The notes beneath the pieces are model-generated. The model was not told the DNA's origin. It did not search any database and saw nothing but the letters and a program-made list of their open reading frames with translations. A stretch of DNA of 64,000 nt from IMG/VR virus record IMGVR_UViG_3300045988_074170, one strand, 5' to 3'. Shown one piece after another: positions 34,921 through 44,377 of this stretch (its first letter is position 1; the number at the start of each line of letters is the position of its first letter). Position numbers and translations under genes: made by a program. This DNA comes from a virus.

Positions 34921-36579
34921 TCATTTCAGATGTTTCTGTAAGAATTTCCTTGCCAACAGTTCGTTCTCGCTTTGCCCCTTGTTCACCACCCCTGTTATAA
35001 GGCTCTTATCCTTAACGGTTTCCCTCATTTCGACGTCTATTGTGTCTGGTGATAATAGGTAGGTGATATTTATACTATTCTTTTGCCCCATTCGCTCAAG
35101 ACGACTGTTCGTTTGTTCCAGGTCGGTTGACTTGTCAGGAAGTTCAATGTAGAAGAGGTTCGAGCAGTTGTCCTGAAGACCGTCTGTACCTGTGCCAGCC
35201 GACTGAATGTTCGCAAAGAGCAACCGATGTTTCCTCTGTGAAAACTCGTTCACAATTTGTTGTTTCTTATCAGCCGAGACTCCACCCTGTATTATCGGAG
35301 CCTTAAAGTATTTCGCCAGTTCCTGGAGCGGTTCACGGTGCACACCGAAGACCACCAACTGTTCGTCTTCATTCGCCTCTAACCAATCCTTGATGTATGA
35401 TTGCATGAACGGCAACTTCCCTTTCACCGACAGGGATTTCAACGTGTTAATCATTACAAGATGAGGAGCGTTCACGGCATTGTTTGCCTTCTCGATATCT
35501 ATCTTCTCGAGATACGCTAACAGGTCTGACTCGGCTCGCCTGTACTCCTTGAGATTCACAATAGGAACGTCAACTGTTTGCTCTACCAACGGTGGGAGCT
35601 CGGTGAGGACGTCTCGCTTATTTCGTCTAATATAGCCTCCCATTCGTAACAGTTCATGAAGTTCCTCAAGATTACTGAACCCACTAAAATCGAAGCCATA
35701 TGGCGTTTGCTTCGCATTGCAATACCTGTACTTAAAGTCGAGGTCGGCTCCGAATATATCTTCGAACCGTCTAATTATCTTGAACGGCTGTATCAGGTCA
35801 GACGGCTTATTTTGAATCAATGTACCTGTCAATCCCCATACGTGCTGAATTCGTTTAGCAATCTTCTTTGCCATCTTTGTGCGAAGAGCCTTTTCACTCT
35901 TCAGGAAGTGTATCTCATCCATAGCACAGGATGCCCAATACTTTCGTAACAGTTCCTTGAACTTTGCAGTCGGTTTCTCCATGTTACGTTCTCCGAGCAC
36001 ATCATAGTTGATGATGACAACATCGTTGTTCCACACTTCGGTGTCAAACTTTCGTTTGCGCTCAATCACACCTATCTTTCGATTGGGGTTCCATTTCTCC
36101 CACTCCTTCTTCCAGTTGTACTTCACAGACGCTGGAGTAATAATTAGAGTTGGGAAAGCATCCATTAACTCAATTGTAATAATCGTTTGACCTGTCTTAC
36201 CAAGACCGCACCCGTCCCCATTGATACAGTTCCCATGATTAATCATATACGCAACCCCCTCACACTGATAGGGACGAGGCACACGTTTCAGCCCAATTTC
36301 CTTACAGGCTTGAGCGACTTCCTCTGGAGTTATCACTTCTGGAGGCTCTTGATAAGCTATAACATTCGGAGAGGGAACGTAGTTCATCCCCTCTTTAAAT
36401 CCGTTCGCTTCCAGCCACTTCTTTAGTGGAGCCAATGTCGTTAATTGAATTGGGACGTACCATTCCCTGTTCTGAGGATTGTATCCCGCACCAGCAAACT
36501 TCTTTACAGCCGTAACCAATTCTGGGTCATACCTAAACCCGACGTAAATATAATTTCCGTCACTGTACCAATATCTCAT
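34921..36579 (-). CDS. SNF2-family (SF2) helicase/translocase
   Basis: Motifs are PRPYQCEGVAYM, DGCGLGKTGQTI, AMDEIHFLKS and SAGTGTDGLQ. Confidence 0.8.
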   Translation of the reverse strand: MRYWYSDGNYIYVGFRYDPELVTAVKKFAGAGYNPQNREWYVPIQLTTLAPLKKWLEANGFKEGMNYVPSPNVIAYQEPPEVITPEEVAQACKEIGLKRVPRPYQCEGVAYMINHGNCINGDGCGLGKTGQTIITIELMDAFPTLIITPASVKYNWKKEWEKWNPNRKIGVIERKRKFDTEVWNNDVVIINYDVLGERNMEKPTAKFKELLRKYWASCAMDEIHFLKSEKALRTKMAKKIAKRIQHVWGLTGTLIQNKPSDLIQPFKIIRRFEDIFGADLDFKYRYCNAKQTPYGFDFSGFSNLEELHELLRMGGYIRRNKRDVLTELPPLVEQTVDVPIVNLKEYRRAESDLLAYLEKIDIEKANNAVNAPHLVMINTLKSLSVKGKLPFMQSYIKDWLEANEDEQLVVFGVHREPLQELAKYFKAPIIQGGVSADKKQQIVNEFSQRKHRLLFANIQSAGTGTDGLQDNCSNLFYIELPDKSTDLEQTNSRLERMGQKNSINITYLLSPDTIDVEMRETVKDKSLITGVVNKGQSENELLARKFLQKHLK

Positions 36580-38533
36580 TCTCGAAATCTTTTCTCGAAA
36601 TTATTTTAATTCCATATTCTGACGCTTTTTTCATTTTAGATGACGAACTATTCATGTCGGCTGTTACCAACAGATATAAATCTTTTGATACTCCGTTTGA
36701 TACCGTATATCCAAACTGAGGAAGCATCTTTTCAAGTTCTTTATCCCGAAAACCTGTTAAACATACCTTTTTGAACCCCCCTTCCGGAGTTTCAACTTTC
36801 GGAGACTGAACATAAGTAATAACGATTCTTTTATCCTTTCCCCTCGAAAGATACGTTTTTAACCCCTTTACGAAAGTCAAAGCCAGCACCTCACCTATTC
36901 CCGGAATGAGTTCACATTCGTGCTTTAAAGCGACCGCAGACTCCGCAGTGAGCGCATAACTGTTTGGGTCTCGAAGCCTCTCAACCGTTTCCTCATTCAA
37001 GCCGTCTAAGATTTTCTGGCAGGTCGCCTCGGCAATCTTTCCGTCAAATACATTTATGGCTGTTAGGTAACGAGCCAACGGTACTCCGGCAAGAACCTTT
37101 TCAATCTGACTTGAAACGGTCTTCCCCTTTGACTTCCCTAACAGGTTCTGGAACTCCGCAACGTGTGACTCAAGAATTGTGTCTATCGTCTTATAGCCGT
37201 GTCCATACAAACGACGTATCGTAGGCTCTTCAAACTGTTCGCAACCCATCGTGCGGAAGAAATACACCATACCAGAAATTACTCTTTCCTTGCACGACTC
37301 ATTTGAGCATACAAGGTCAACGTGCGTTTCGTTCCATTTGAGCGGTTCACCACAGGACGGACAAATAACAAGGTCGTCCATCATATCGGTGTACGCATTC
37401 TCGTTATACTCAATCGTCTTCAAGTGTTTAGGGATAACGTCTCCACCACGTGTTACTTCGATGAACGCTCCCTCACAGATATGCTGGTCAATCAGGTAGG
37501 CTGCATTATACGCTGTGGCTCGTGATACGGTTGCTCCGTTAATCTCAACAGGTTCAATGATGATTACAGGGTTCAGAACACCTGTCTTCCCTATTCCCTT
37601 TTCTATACTGATGACCTTTGTCTGATACACGTCGCACCACTCTTCCTTCTTGAACGCAATAGCATAGGCGGGATTTCCGTTAGGAAGCCGTCCGAGTTGT
37701 TCGCGGACGCTTTCCTCATCGACTTCTATCACCACGCCATCAATCTTGTATTCAGCGTCAAACCTGTCATGAAGTTCCTCATCAAGCAACAGGTTCATTT
37801 CTTCATCGTCGAGTTCCATTATCTCTTCAATCAAGAAACTGACATACGGAGTAACATTATGGAACGTTCTTTTCAATTCTTCGAGAACGCTTGACTTGTC
37901 GCCTGTAAGGTCAGAGCCATAACGCACGAAGTCCACGTTTGCCAAGAAGCGGTTGTTCCAGCCGTCCGGAGAGTTGAATATTCCGGCAACCATATTACGA
38001 GCGTTCTTATAGGCGAAGTCGGCTTGGTTGTCCTTGAGGTGGGCAAAGGTCTTCTTTTTAATGATAGCCTCGCCCCACGTATGCATGAGGTGTGGCTCCG
38101 GATGCTCGCCCTCACCATTGAACATACGGCCGAAGTGTTTCGTTGACAACTGTCCTTCTACACCATCACCACGAGTCCACGCTCTCTTATCGTCTTCATC
38201 AACGACAAGGCTTATTCCGTCAAATTTAGGAGTGGCGACAATCTCCTTACAACCTGCCGCAAGCATCTTCTGTAACCATTTGCGGAAGTCCTTGATTGTC
38301 TTGATTTTTTCGAGGCTGTACATAGGGACAGGCAACGGCTCCATACGGTCGATGGCTTCCTCTACGATACCTTTCTTGAAAAACTCATCCTCAGGACTGT
38401 TCTCCCTGAGAGTTTCGACCATGTGGTCATACTCAACATCTGACACTTGAGGATTGCCCTCGCGATAAGCCTTATTCAGAGCGATAAGTTCTTCTCTCAG
38501 GCTGTTAATCTTTTCTTGTTTCATCTTTGCCAT
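36560..38533 (-). CDS. ligA: NAD-dependent DNA ligase
   Basis: The adenylation motif is EYKIDGVVIEV. The zinc finger is CPSCGEPLKW...CSNESC. HhH and BRCT-like regions occupy the C-terminal part. Confidence 0.9.
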   Translation of the reverse strand: MAKMKQEKINSLREELIALNKAYREGNPQVSDVEYDHMVETLRENSPEDEFFKKGIVEEAIDRMEPLPVPMYSLEKIKTIKDFRKWLQKMLAAGCKEIVATPKFDGISLVVDEDDKRAWTRGDGVEGQLSTKHFGRMFNGEGEHPEPHLMHTWGEAIIKKKTFAHLKDNQADFAYKNARNMVAGIFNSPDGWNNRFLANVDFVRYGSDLTGDKSSVLEELKRTFHNVTPYVSFLIEEIMELDDEEMNLLLDEELHDRFDAEYKIDGVVIEVDEESVREQLGRLPNGNPAYAIAFKKEEWCDVYQTKVISIEKGIGKTGVLNPVIIIEPVEINGATVSRATAYNAAYLIDQHICEGAFIEVTRGGDVIPKHLKTIEYNENAYTDMMDDLVICPSCGEPLKWNETHVDLVCSNESCKERVISGMVYFFRTMGCEQFEEPTIRRLYGHGYKTIDTILESHVAEFQNLLGKSKGKTVSSQIEKVLAGVPLARYLTAINVFDGKIAEATCQKILDGLNEETVERLRDPNSYALTAESAVALKHECELIPGIGEVLALTFVKGLKTYLSRGKDKRIVITYVQSPKVETPEGGFKKVCLTGFRDKELEKMLPQFGYTVSNGVSKDLYLLVTADMNSSSSKMKKASEYGIKIISRKDFENEILVQ

Positions 38534-38559
38534 AACGAAATTATTTAATTTAGGAAATT

Positions 38560-38592
38560 CTTTAATAAAAACAGGGGGAACGAATCCCCTGT
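38560..38592 (-). terminator. intrinsic terminator upstream of the ligase gene
   Basis: Stem acagggg/cccctgt at 38571..38592. The sense strand continues TTTTTATTAAAG. Confidence 0.55.
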
Positions 38593-38683
38593 GAATTATC
38601 TTACCAATTAATTTTCTTTATATAAGCTCCCCAACCATGACCAGTAGCACCTTGAAAACCGCTTGACAAGCAAACAATTTGGT

Positions 38684-39004
38684 CTATCTTAACATTGTAA
38701 TGAGCAACTTCTGTATGGTCGGCTTTGCCTGACTTCCCAAATTTACAAATGACTGTGATTCTTTCGCCTTCACCATTATAGGCAGAGAACTTAGTATTGT
38801 CTCACCGTTATAGTGTTTTTCGTTTTCATTGATGAAAATTTCGTGACCCTGTACTTCAATGCCTGTAAGTTCAACATCAGCATATTCAGAAACGTATTCT
38901 CTCTTAGTTCTCTTTGTCGGCTTTCCGTTACGCATAATGGGTACATCTTGAAATTTATCACCAACAAACAATTTAGCAACGATTGTATTACCTGTTCTTT
39001 TCAT
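38684..39004 (-). CDS. hypothetical protein (106 aa)
   Basis: ORF downstream of promoter 39033..39063. Confidence 0.55.
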   Translation of the reverse strand: MKRTGNTIVAKLFVGDKFQDVPIMRNGKPTKRTKREYVSEYADVELTGIEVQGHEIFINENEKHYNGETILSSLPIMVKAKESQSFVNLGSQAKPTIQKLLITMLR

Positions 39005-39032
39005 AATTCCTTGTTTTTTAATTTTGACACTA

Positions 39033-39063
39033 CAAAGGTAGTGGAATCTGATGATATTCCAAA
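39033..39063 (-). promoter_or_regulatory. Bacteroidota-type promoter (TTTG-N19-TACCTTTG)
   Basis: -33 at 39063..39060; -7 at 39040..39033. Confidence 0.7.
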
Positions 39064-39081
39064 GAGTTTCCCCGAAATTCT

Positions 39082-39312
39082 TTAATATTTTTCAAATTCT
39101 TCCGCTGTTAAACTTAAACAGCCAACCCACGCACGAGTTTCGCTCTCCGTGTGAGCTTCAATACGTTCTATAATTTTACCGCCTTTAGACTTTACCCGTA
39201 ATCTCGGATATTTTGTATAATCATAAGCGATTTCGTCAATTTCATCTACAAGAAATAGAGGTTGACCTCCATTCAATTTCTTTTGTACTTCGTCTCTTGA
39301 TGACTTTTTCAT
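39082..39312 (-). CDS. small protein (76 aa) coupled to the RelA/SpoT-like gene
   Basis: ORF with an ATGA overlap to 39309..40007. Confidence 0.5.
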   Translation of the reverse strand: MKKSSRDEVQKKLNGGQPLFLVDEIDEIAYDYTKYPRLRVKSKGGKIIERIEAHTESETRAWVGCLSLTAEEFEKY

Positions 39313-40007
39313 AACTTAATATTTCTCACTTCGTTATAATACTTTTCACTTTCCTTAATTAGAACTACTGCCTCACCGCTTGTTTTCGGTAACACACGTA
39401 TTCTTTCATAAATTTCATGACCACGTCCCGGAGCTACTCCTGACTTCCTACATTTTTCAAACAGTTCCTCGCCTAACAAAGTTTTCGAAATTTCGGGTTT
39501 TTCCTTACCGAAAATCATTTGAGGGGTGTTTACCTGTATTTCACCAACAAGACCGTTGCCAAACTCTATATTTAGAATATGACCTGAATATCCAGCAAAG
39601 TTTTCAGGAGTCTGAACCTTATGTCTAACAACCTTAAACTCACCTTTCAGCTCAAAAAGAATTTCATCCAATTTAGATGCTTCAACAATGAACGTGTTTC
39701 TAATTAAGTCCTTCAGCTTTGAAACAGAAGTTCCCTCAAGTAAAATTTTTCGCTTAACACTCTCAACTGATTTTAAACTAACAGACGTAACTCGTATCCC
39801 AAACTTATTCGCAAAACCATAGGAAGCCTTCTGAAAAGAATTTACATTCGGAATAACCTTTTGGCTGAAATAATTCTTAATCTCGACAACCTCGTCAACC
39901 TTTTGAACGCCATATCTTTGTCCAACTCTGTGTAAACGACGATTTTCAGGTGTGTCCTTATACACACCTGAACGAGACTTTAATAGTTGAAATTCAATTA
40001 AGTTCAT
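39309..40007 (-). CDS. RelA/SpoT-like nucleotidyltransferase (small alarmone synthetase-like)
   Basis: SLKSVESVKRKI, LKDLIRNTFIV and GYSGHILNIEFGNGLVGEIQVNTPQM match the synthetase-domain pattern (RxKxxxS, DxxR, GY..H, EIQxxT). Confidence 0.6.
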   Translation of the reverse strand: MNLIEFQLLKSRSGVYKDTPENRRLHRVGQRYGVQKVDEVVEIKNYFSQKVIPNVNSFQKASYGFANKFGIRVTSVSLKSVESVKRKILLEGTSVSKLKDLIRNTFIVEASKLDEILFELKGEFKVVRHKVQTPENFAGYSGHILNIEFGNGLVGEIQVNTPQMIFGKEKPEISKTLLGEELFEKCRKSGVAPGRGHEIYERIRVLPKTSGEAVVLIKESEKYYNEVRNIKL

Positions 40008-40416
40008 GATTTAAAATTGAAAGAGCAACAGAATATTTCTCACGATTATACACCTTTCCTCTATTGGGGTCAGTATTATCAGCAATATCATATTTCTTAA
40101 CATTAATCGCCAAACAGTTTTTACTGCCCCTAATTTTTCGAATGTAATCAAAATAGGGAACGCTTTTATCGTGATTTAATAATTCCAATGCTTGAATAAT
40201 ACAATCGTTATTTGTCACCTCTCGTTTTATATCCTCAACCGTATAATGAGTGTCCTCAAGAACATCATGTAGCAACGCAACAATCTTTTCATCGTCAGTG
40301 AGTGCCATATAAGACACTCTTACAGGGTGTAAGAAATATTGCACACCGCTTTTATCAACTTGTCCCTCATGGGCTTTTTGAGCGAACTGTAATGCTTTAT
40401 AAACTTCTTTTTTCAT
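39994..40416 (-). CDS. HD-domain (p)ppGpp-hydrolase-like protein (small alarmone hydrolase type; start trimmed)
   Basis: ALQFAQKAHEGQVDKSGVQYFLHPVRVSYMAL...IVALLHDVLEDT is the SpoT/Mesh1 hydrolase signature. The ATG is at 40416. Confidence 0.75.
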   Translation of the reverse strand: MKKEVYKALQFAQKAHEGQVDKSGVQYFLHPVRVSYMALTDDEKIVALLHDVLEDTHYTVEDIKREVTNNDCIIQALELLNHDKSVPYFDYIRKIRGSKNCLAINVKKYDIADNTDPNRGKVYNREKYSVALSILNHELN

Positions 40417-40439
40417 ACACTTGTTTTTATTTGACGCTA

Positions 40440-40470
40440 CAAATGTAGTCAAAGAAATTGGAAGAACAAA
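40440..40470 (-). promoter_or_regulatory. Bacteroidota-type promoter (TTTG-N19-TACATTTG)
   Basis: -33 at 40470..40467; -7 at 40447..40440. Confidence 0.7.
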
Positions 40471-40518
40471 GAAATTTCAGGAATATTCGACGGGATTCCG
40501 AATATTCCTTTAAAATTT

Positions 40519-41133
40519 TTACTCTTCCATCATGTTATGATATAGGTCAAGGCGAATTTTCGCATAAGCTGCTTCGACATTTGTAAATGCCCTTTGATTG
40601 TTTGCACCCTGTTCATTGTATATTTCGGATTCAATAACTTTTGCAACCTGCTCAACCCATTTTGGATTTGTATAAGAAGACAATTTTTTGCCATGGTAGG
40701 AAAAACAGTCGAATTTTGAATTTCGGTCTTCATGAAGATTTGTTAAAAGCTGTCGAATTTTCTTTGCTGTGGCTTCTTTGTCCGAAATATGATTCTCTTC
40801 CCGAACCTTCTTAATTATCCGGCAAACCCTTTCAATTGCAAGGTCGAAAGCCATATTAGTAACAGTCTTAATTCGTAGCTGCGTTTCCGGAACTAGGCTC
40901 TCGGATATAACACTAAGCTGGATATTTTGATTCCTTGTTTCTGTCAGTAGTTCCTTAAAAGTTTCTCGCTGGGAATTCATAGTGTCGTTTATCACCTTCA
41001 TGAACCAACGGAAGAAAGTTACCCACATCAGTGCTGACAGCACCAAAAAGAATCCGGCTGTAATAGCCATCATTCCGAAATCTCCAATGCTCTTTCCTGT
41101 CTCGATAGCAGGATTAATCATGTCTGTACCCAT
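40519..41133 (-). CDS. membrane-anchored protein (204 aa)
   Basis: The N-terminal TM segment is FGMMAITAGFFLVLSALMWVTFF. Confidence 0.55.
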   Translation of the reverse strand: MGTDMINPAIETGKSIGDFGMMAITAGFFLVLSALMWVTFFRWFMKVINDTMNSQRETFKELLTETRNQNIQLSVISESLVPETQLRIKTVTNMAFDLAIERVCRIIKKVREENHISDKEATAKKIRQLLTNLHEDRNSKFDCFSYHGKKLSSYTNPKWVEQVAKVIESEIYNEQGANNQRAFTNVEAAYAKIRLDLYHNMMEE

Positions 41134-41185
41134 CGTTATTCCTTGATTTTGTTAAAGTTTTCACTCGTTGTTATCTTTATTGGTA

Positions 41186-41193
41186 CAAAGATA
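41186..41193 (-). promoter_or_regulatory. possible -7 box (TATCTTTG) without a clear -33 box
   Basis: TATCTTTG lies 52 nt upstream of the ATG at 41133. Confidence 0.3.
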
Positions 41194-41213
41194 ATAATTC
41201 AAAATGAAAGTCT

Positions 41214-41552
41214 CTAACCTTGGTTCAAGGACACTTTGGTAATCCAGAAGTAATTATCCGTTCCAAACTTGAAATCCTCTTTGTGAACTGACTGAATTCG
41301 CTCACGAAGCCTCTGTTCCGTCATTCCACTGGCGAAGTTATGCCCGATGTTTGCGAGTAGCGGTGTAACCTCTTGAGCGTCCCGTACTTCATTGTATCGA
41401 CATTCACGTGTCTTCAACCGTACTTCCGGAGCAACGTAGGCTCGGAACTCACCCATGATTTCCACAACGAGTATCTTACAGTCACAATTCATTACAAGTC
41501 CCCGACAAGCGTCAAGGAACTCTTTCTTAGCAGCGTTATTTTCCATAACCAA
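41214..41552 (-). CDS. hypothetical protein (112 aa)
   Basis: ORF in the array. Confidence 0.5.
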   Translation of the reverse strand: MVMENNAAKKEFLDACRGLVMNCDCKILVVEIMGEFRAYVAPEVRLKTRECRYNEVRDAQEVTPLLANIGHNFASGMTEQRLRERIQSVHKEDFKFGTDNYFWITKVSLNQG

Positions 41553-41880
41553 TCATTTTTTCTATTGCATTCTTCTTTCGTTGTTCTTTCTCATCAGCAG
41601 CACCACGCTTCAGTTCCCTGTCAAACCGCTGGCGAAGTATCTCCTTCTTTTTGTCGTCAGGCAGTCCCTTAAAGACGCCAACGCTGAACTCTGGTATAGT
41701 GCTCTCAACTTCTGCGAAAACCATCTGTTCGCGACAGTTAGAACACTCATACGGCTTCCCCACAATAGTAGGAACCATCTTCTTGAGTTCTTTACTGTAC
41801 TTCATCACGTATTTTCCCGGAGTAAACGCCACGCCATGAAGTTCACAGGCTTCATTCGGGCAGCACAATACATATTTCAT
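41536..41880 (-). CDS. zinc-ribbon protein (114 aa)
   Basis: Contains CCPNEACELHG...CSNCREQ. Confidence 0.5.
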   Translation of the reverse strand: MKYVLCCPNEACELHGVAFTPGKYVMKYSKELKKMVPTIVGKPYECSNCREQMVFAEVESTIPEFSVGVFKGLPDDKKKEILRQRFDRELKRGAADEKEQRKKNAIEKMIGYGK

Positions 41881-42374
41881 AGATAATGCCTCCTCCCATA
41901 TTCAGCGATTAATAAACTGTCAGTCAAGTTGTCATCGGCTTTCGCACAGTTCTCCGTCCGACGTAAATCCTGTCGGGGGAACAACCGCTTCGCTGCAAGC
42001 ACTGACATCACTTTCTTGTCGGGGTTCGGCTTGATGCCCTCGTACATTTCTTTCTGCCACTTCTTAGGAGTCACCAACACTATCCTTAATCCACACATGA
42101 TGAACCCCATTCGGAGCGCATAACATACTCCCCCAAAAGTGAATGTAGCACCTGCAGCGGAACGTGGCAGAGCGTGAACATCCTCTATCACGACAACCGT
42201 GTTATTGATGTCACACTCTTCCGATATCTGAATAATCAATTCTGACAGTTCATGCAGGTCAAGTTCCTTCCCTACCTTTGGCATCGGATAGTGCTTGATA
42301 CCTGTACTTTTCATCACCGTGATGAACCCCTGTTTTCCTGGGTCTACTCCGATAACTGTTTGCTTCTTTTCCAT
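41877..42374 (-). CDS. RuvC-like Holliday junction resolvase
   Basis: VIGVDPGKQGFITV and VVVIEDVHALPRSAAGATFTFGGVCYAL indicate an RNase H-fold resolvase. Confidence 0.7.
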   Translation of the reverse strand: MEKKQTVIGVDPGKQGFITVMKSTGIKHYPMPKVGKELDLHELSELIIQISEECDINNTVVVIEDVHALPRSAAGATFTFGGVCYALRMGFIMCGLRIVLVTPKKWQKEMYEGIKPNPDKKVMSVLAAKRLFPRQDLRRTENCAKADDNLTDSLLIAEYGRRHYL

Positions 42375-42375
42375 A

Positions 42376-44376
42376 TTATTCTATATAACTGTAACCGTTT
42401 TCCTTCACGACGGTGAGAGTGGTTACACCAGCACGAATATTCATGACGTGACTGATTACATATACAGGATGATGAACGTCGCTCATTGACTCAAGTAGAA
42501 GAGCCAAGCCCAACGGGTCTGTTCCCTCAAGAACCTCATCAATCATTAGGAAGTGAAGTCCTCCCCATTGGTTCGTTCCGTTAATCATTTCCTGAAATGC
42601 TTGTATCAAAGCCATTTCAATTCTTGCTCTCTCGCCTCCGCTAAACGACCAGAATGATTTATATTCGCCCTCGCCATTGATGACTGATACAGTTATCTCC
42701 TCCTTGATTTTCCCTTTCGCATTACGCTTGAACCCGTCTATTGACAGGCGAAGTTCTGAACGCTGCTTCTGTAAGGACATATTCGCGAAGTTCTGAATTA
42801 TCCGTAACTGCTCACAAGCAAGGCTCATCTTGAACTCCTTGAAACGCAACCCCCACTGTACCATGTCTGATACCTGTTTCTCGCAATCCCCGTATTCCTT
42901 GTTTGCCTTTTCGAGTTTCTTTTTCGTCAGGGCAACAAGACCTTCCAGTTCGGCTTCCTTGGTTTCCATTTCAGCCTGTTCAGCCTTTTCAAGTTGTTCA
43001 ACCAACTGTTCGCTCTCACTGTTACAACGTGATTGAATCCCTTCTTGATGCTTGATATCTTCTTGGTAGGAGGATATCATTTGGTTGCTTCGGGTTATCT
43101 CCCCACGGATTTTTGTTATCTCTGCTTGAACCTCACGAATGGCTCTGACTGTACCCTGTTCCTGAACACGTATCTTCATGAACTTGTCGTCGTACTTTTT
43201 CACCCGTTCCTCAAACGAGTTGAGTTCTTCCAACGCTGTTTTCGCAAGGTTTTCCTGGGTCTCGGCTTCCTTCTTCTGTTTTTCAATCCTCTTCCGAGTA
43301 TTAGGAACATCAACCGTTTCATCTGATGTCACGAACTCCGTTCCACACTTCGGGCACTTTACAGTCCCTTTCAGGATAGCCGTGAGGCGGTTGGCTTCGG
43401 CAGTGTACTGTGAGGACAGTTCCTGTGCTGCTTTACGCTTCTTCCTCGCTGCCTCTACCTTTGTATCAGTCGAAGAACGTTCTTTCGTTAGAGAGTCATA
43501 TTGAGCCTTATAGTCAATCGCTTCTAATCCCTCTAACTTCTTAGAGGCTTCAGCAACTTTCTTCTGGTTGTCCTTGATACTCTGTTCAGCCAACTTGATA
43601 GCCGTCCTGGAATTCTCAATCTTCTTTTCCGCTCCGTCGTACTCCTGTATGACAGCGTCAATTCGTTCGTTTATACGCTCTATAAGCGATTGTCGTTCCT
43701 CCTCAAGATTACGTTCTCGCTCCGCAGCCAACTGTCCTGTATAGACGCTCAATTCACCCTCTATCGTGTGAACCTTTGCCTCGGCAGCTTGTTGCTTTTC
43801 CTGTAACGGCTTAATCTTCTCTTTAATTACATTGTCCGCATCATCTAACTGTTCAGCTTTGATGAAGCGGTTGATGAGTGAAAGTTTGTCCGTATTAGAG
43901 GAACTCACAAATGATTTGAAGTTCTCTTTATTCAGAATATAGAAACTCTTCAGGTCTTCCGCTGAAATACCTATCCATTTCAGGATGTAAGCGTTTCCAT
44001 CGTTTACGGTTGCAAACTGTACCGAACCCTCTTCTTCATTGAGCATAAGCTCCAACGTCGCTGAACCTTTCTGTCTGAGAGTCCGGTGTATGTTCAGCGT
44101 CTGTTTCCTTATCGGGCAGTAAATGTCAAGCCAAATGTCAGCTTCCTCCTCTCCCCACAAAATCAAGTCTCTGTCAAGAGTCTGTTTTTTCAAGGAGTTT
44201 GCCAGGATTGCATACGCAATCCCAGCCTCCATTGTGCTCTTCCCTGCTCCGTTTGTTTCCTTTGATTCAATCTCAGTCAAGTTCTTTCCCTTGATTAAGA
44301 CAGGCTCGTTCAGGAATTTATGTTTCAACTCCTTGAACGATAAGAAATTCTTCAAACGTAAATAGGTCAGTTCCAT
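42376..44376 (-). CDS. Rad50/SbcC-like recombination ATPase
   Basis: Walker A is TNGAGKST. A long coiled coil carries a CxxC hook (VKCPKCGTEF). The signature motif is SFSGGERARIEMAL and Walker B is HFLMIDEVLEG. Confidence 0.85.
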   Translation of the reverse strand: MELTYLRLKNFLSFKELKHKFLNEPVLIKGKNLTEIESKETNGAGKSTMEAGIAYAILANSLKKQTLDRDLILWGEEEADIWLDIYCPIRKQTLNIHRTLRQKGSATLELMLNEEEGSVQFATVNDGNAYILKWIGISAEDLKSFYILNKENFKSFVSSSNTDKLSLINRFIKAEQLDDADNVIKEKIKPLQEKQQAAEAKVHTIEGELSVYTGQLAAERERNLEEERQSLIERINERIDAVIQEYDGAEKKIENSRTAIKLAEQSIKDNQKKVAEASKKLEGLEAIDYKAQYDSLTKERSSTDTKVEAARKKRKAAQELSSQYTAEANRLTAILKGTVKCPKCGTEFVTSDETVDVPNTRKRIEKQKKEAETQENLAKTALEELNSFEERVKKYDDKFMKIRVQEQGTVRAIREVQAEITKIRGEITRSNQMISSYQEDIKHQEGIQSRCNSESEQLVEQLEKAEQAEMETKEAELEGLVALTKKKLEKANKEYGDCEKQVSDMVQWGLRFKEFKMSLACEQLRIIQNFANMSLQKQRSELRLSIDGFKRNAKGKIKEEITVSVINGEGEYKSFWSFSGGERARIEMALIQAFQEMINGTNQWGGLHFLMIDEVLEGTDPLGLALLLESMSDVHHPVYVISHVMNIRAGVTTLTVVKENGYSYIE

Positions 44377-44377
44377 A

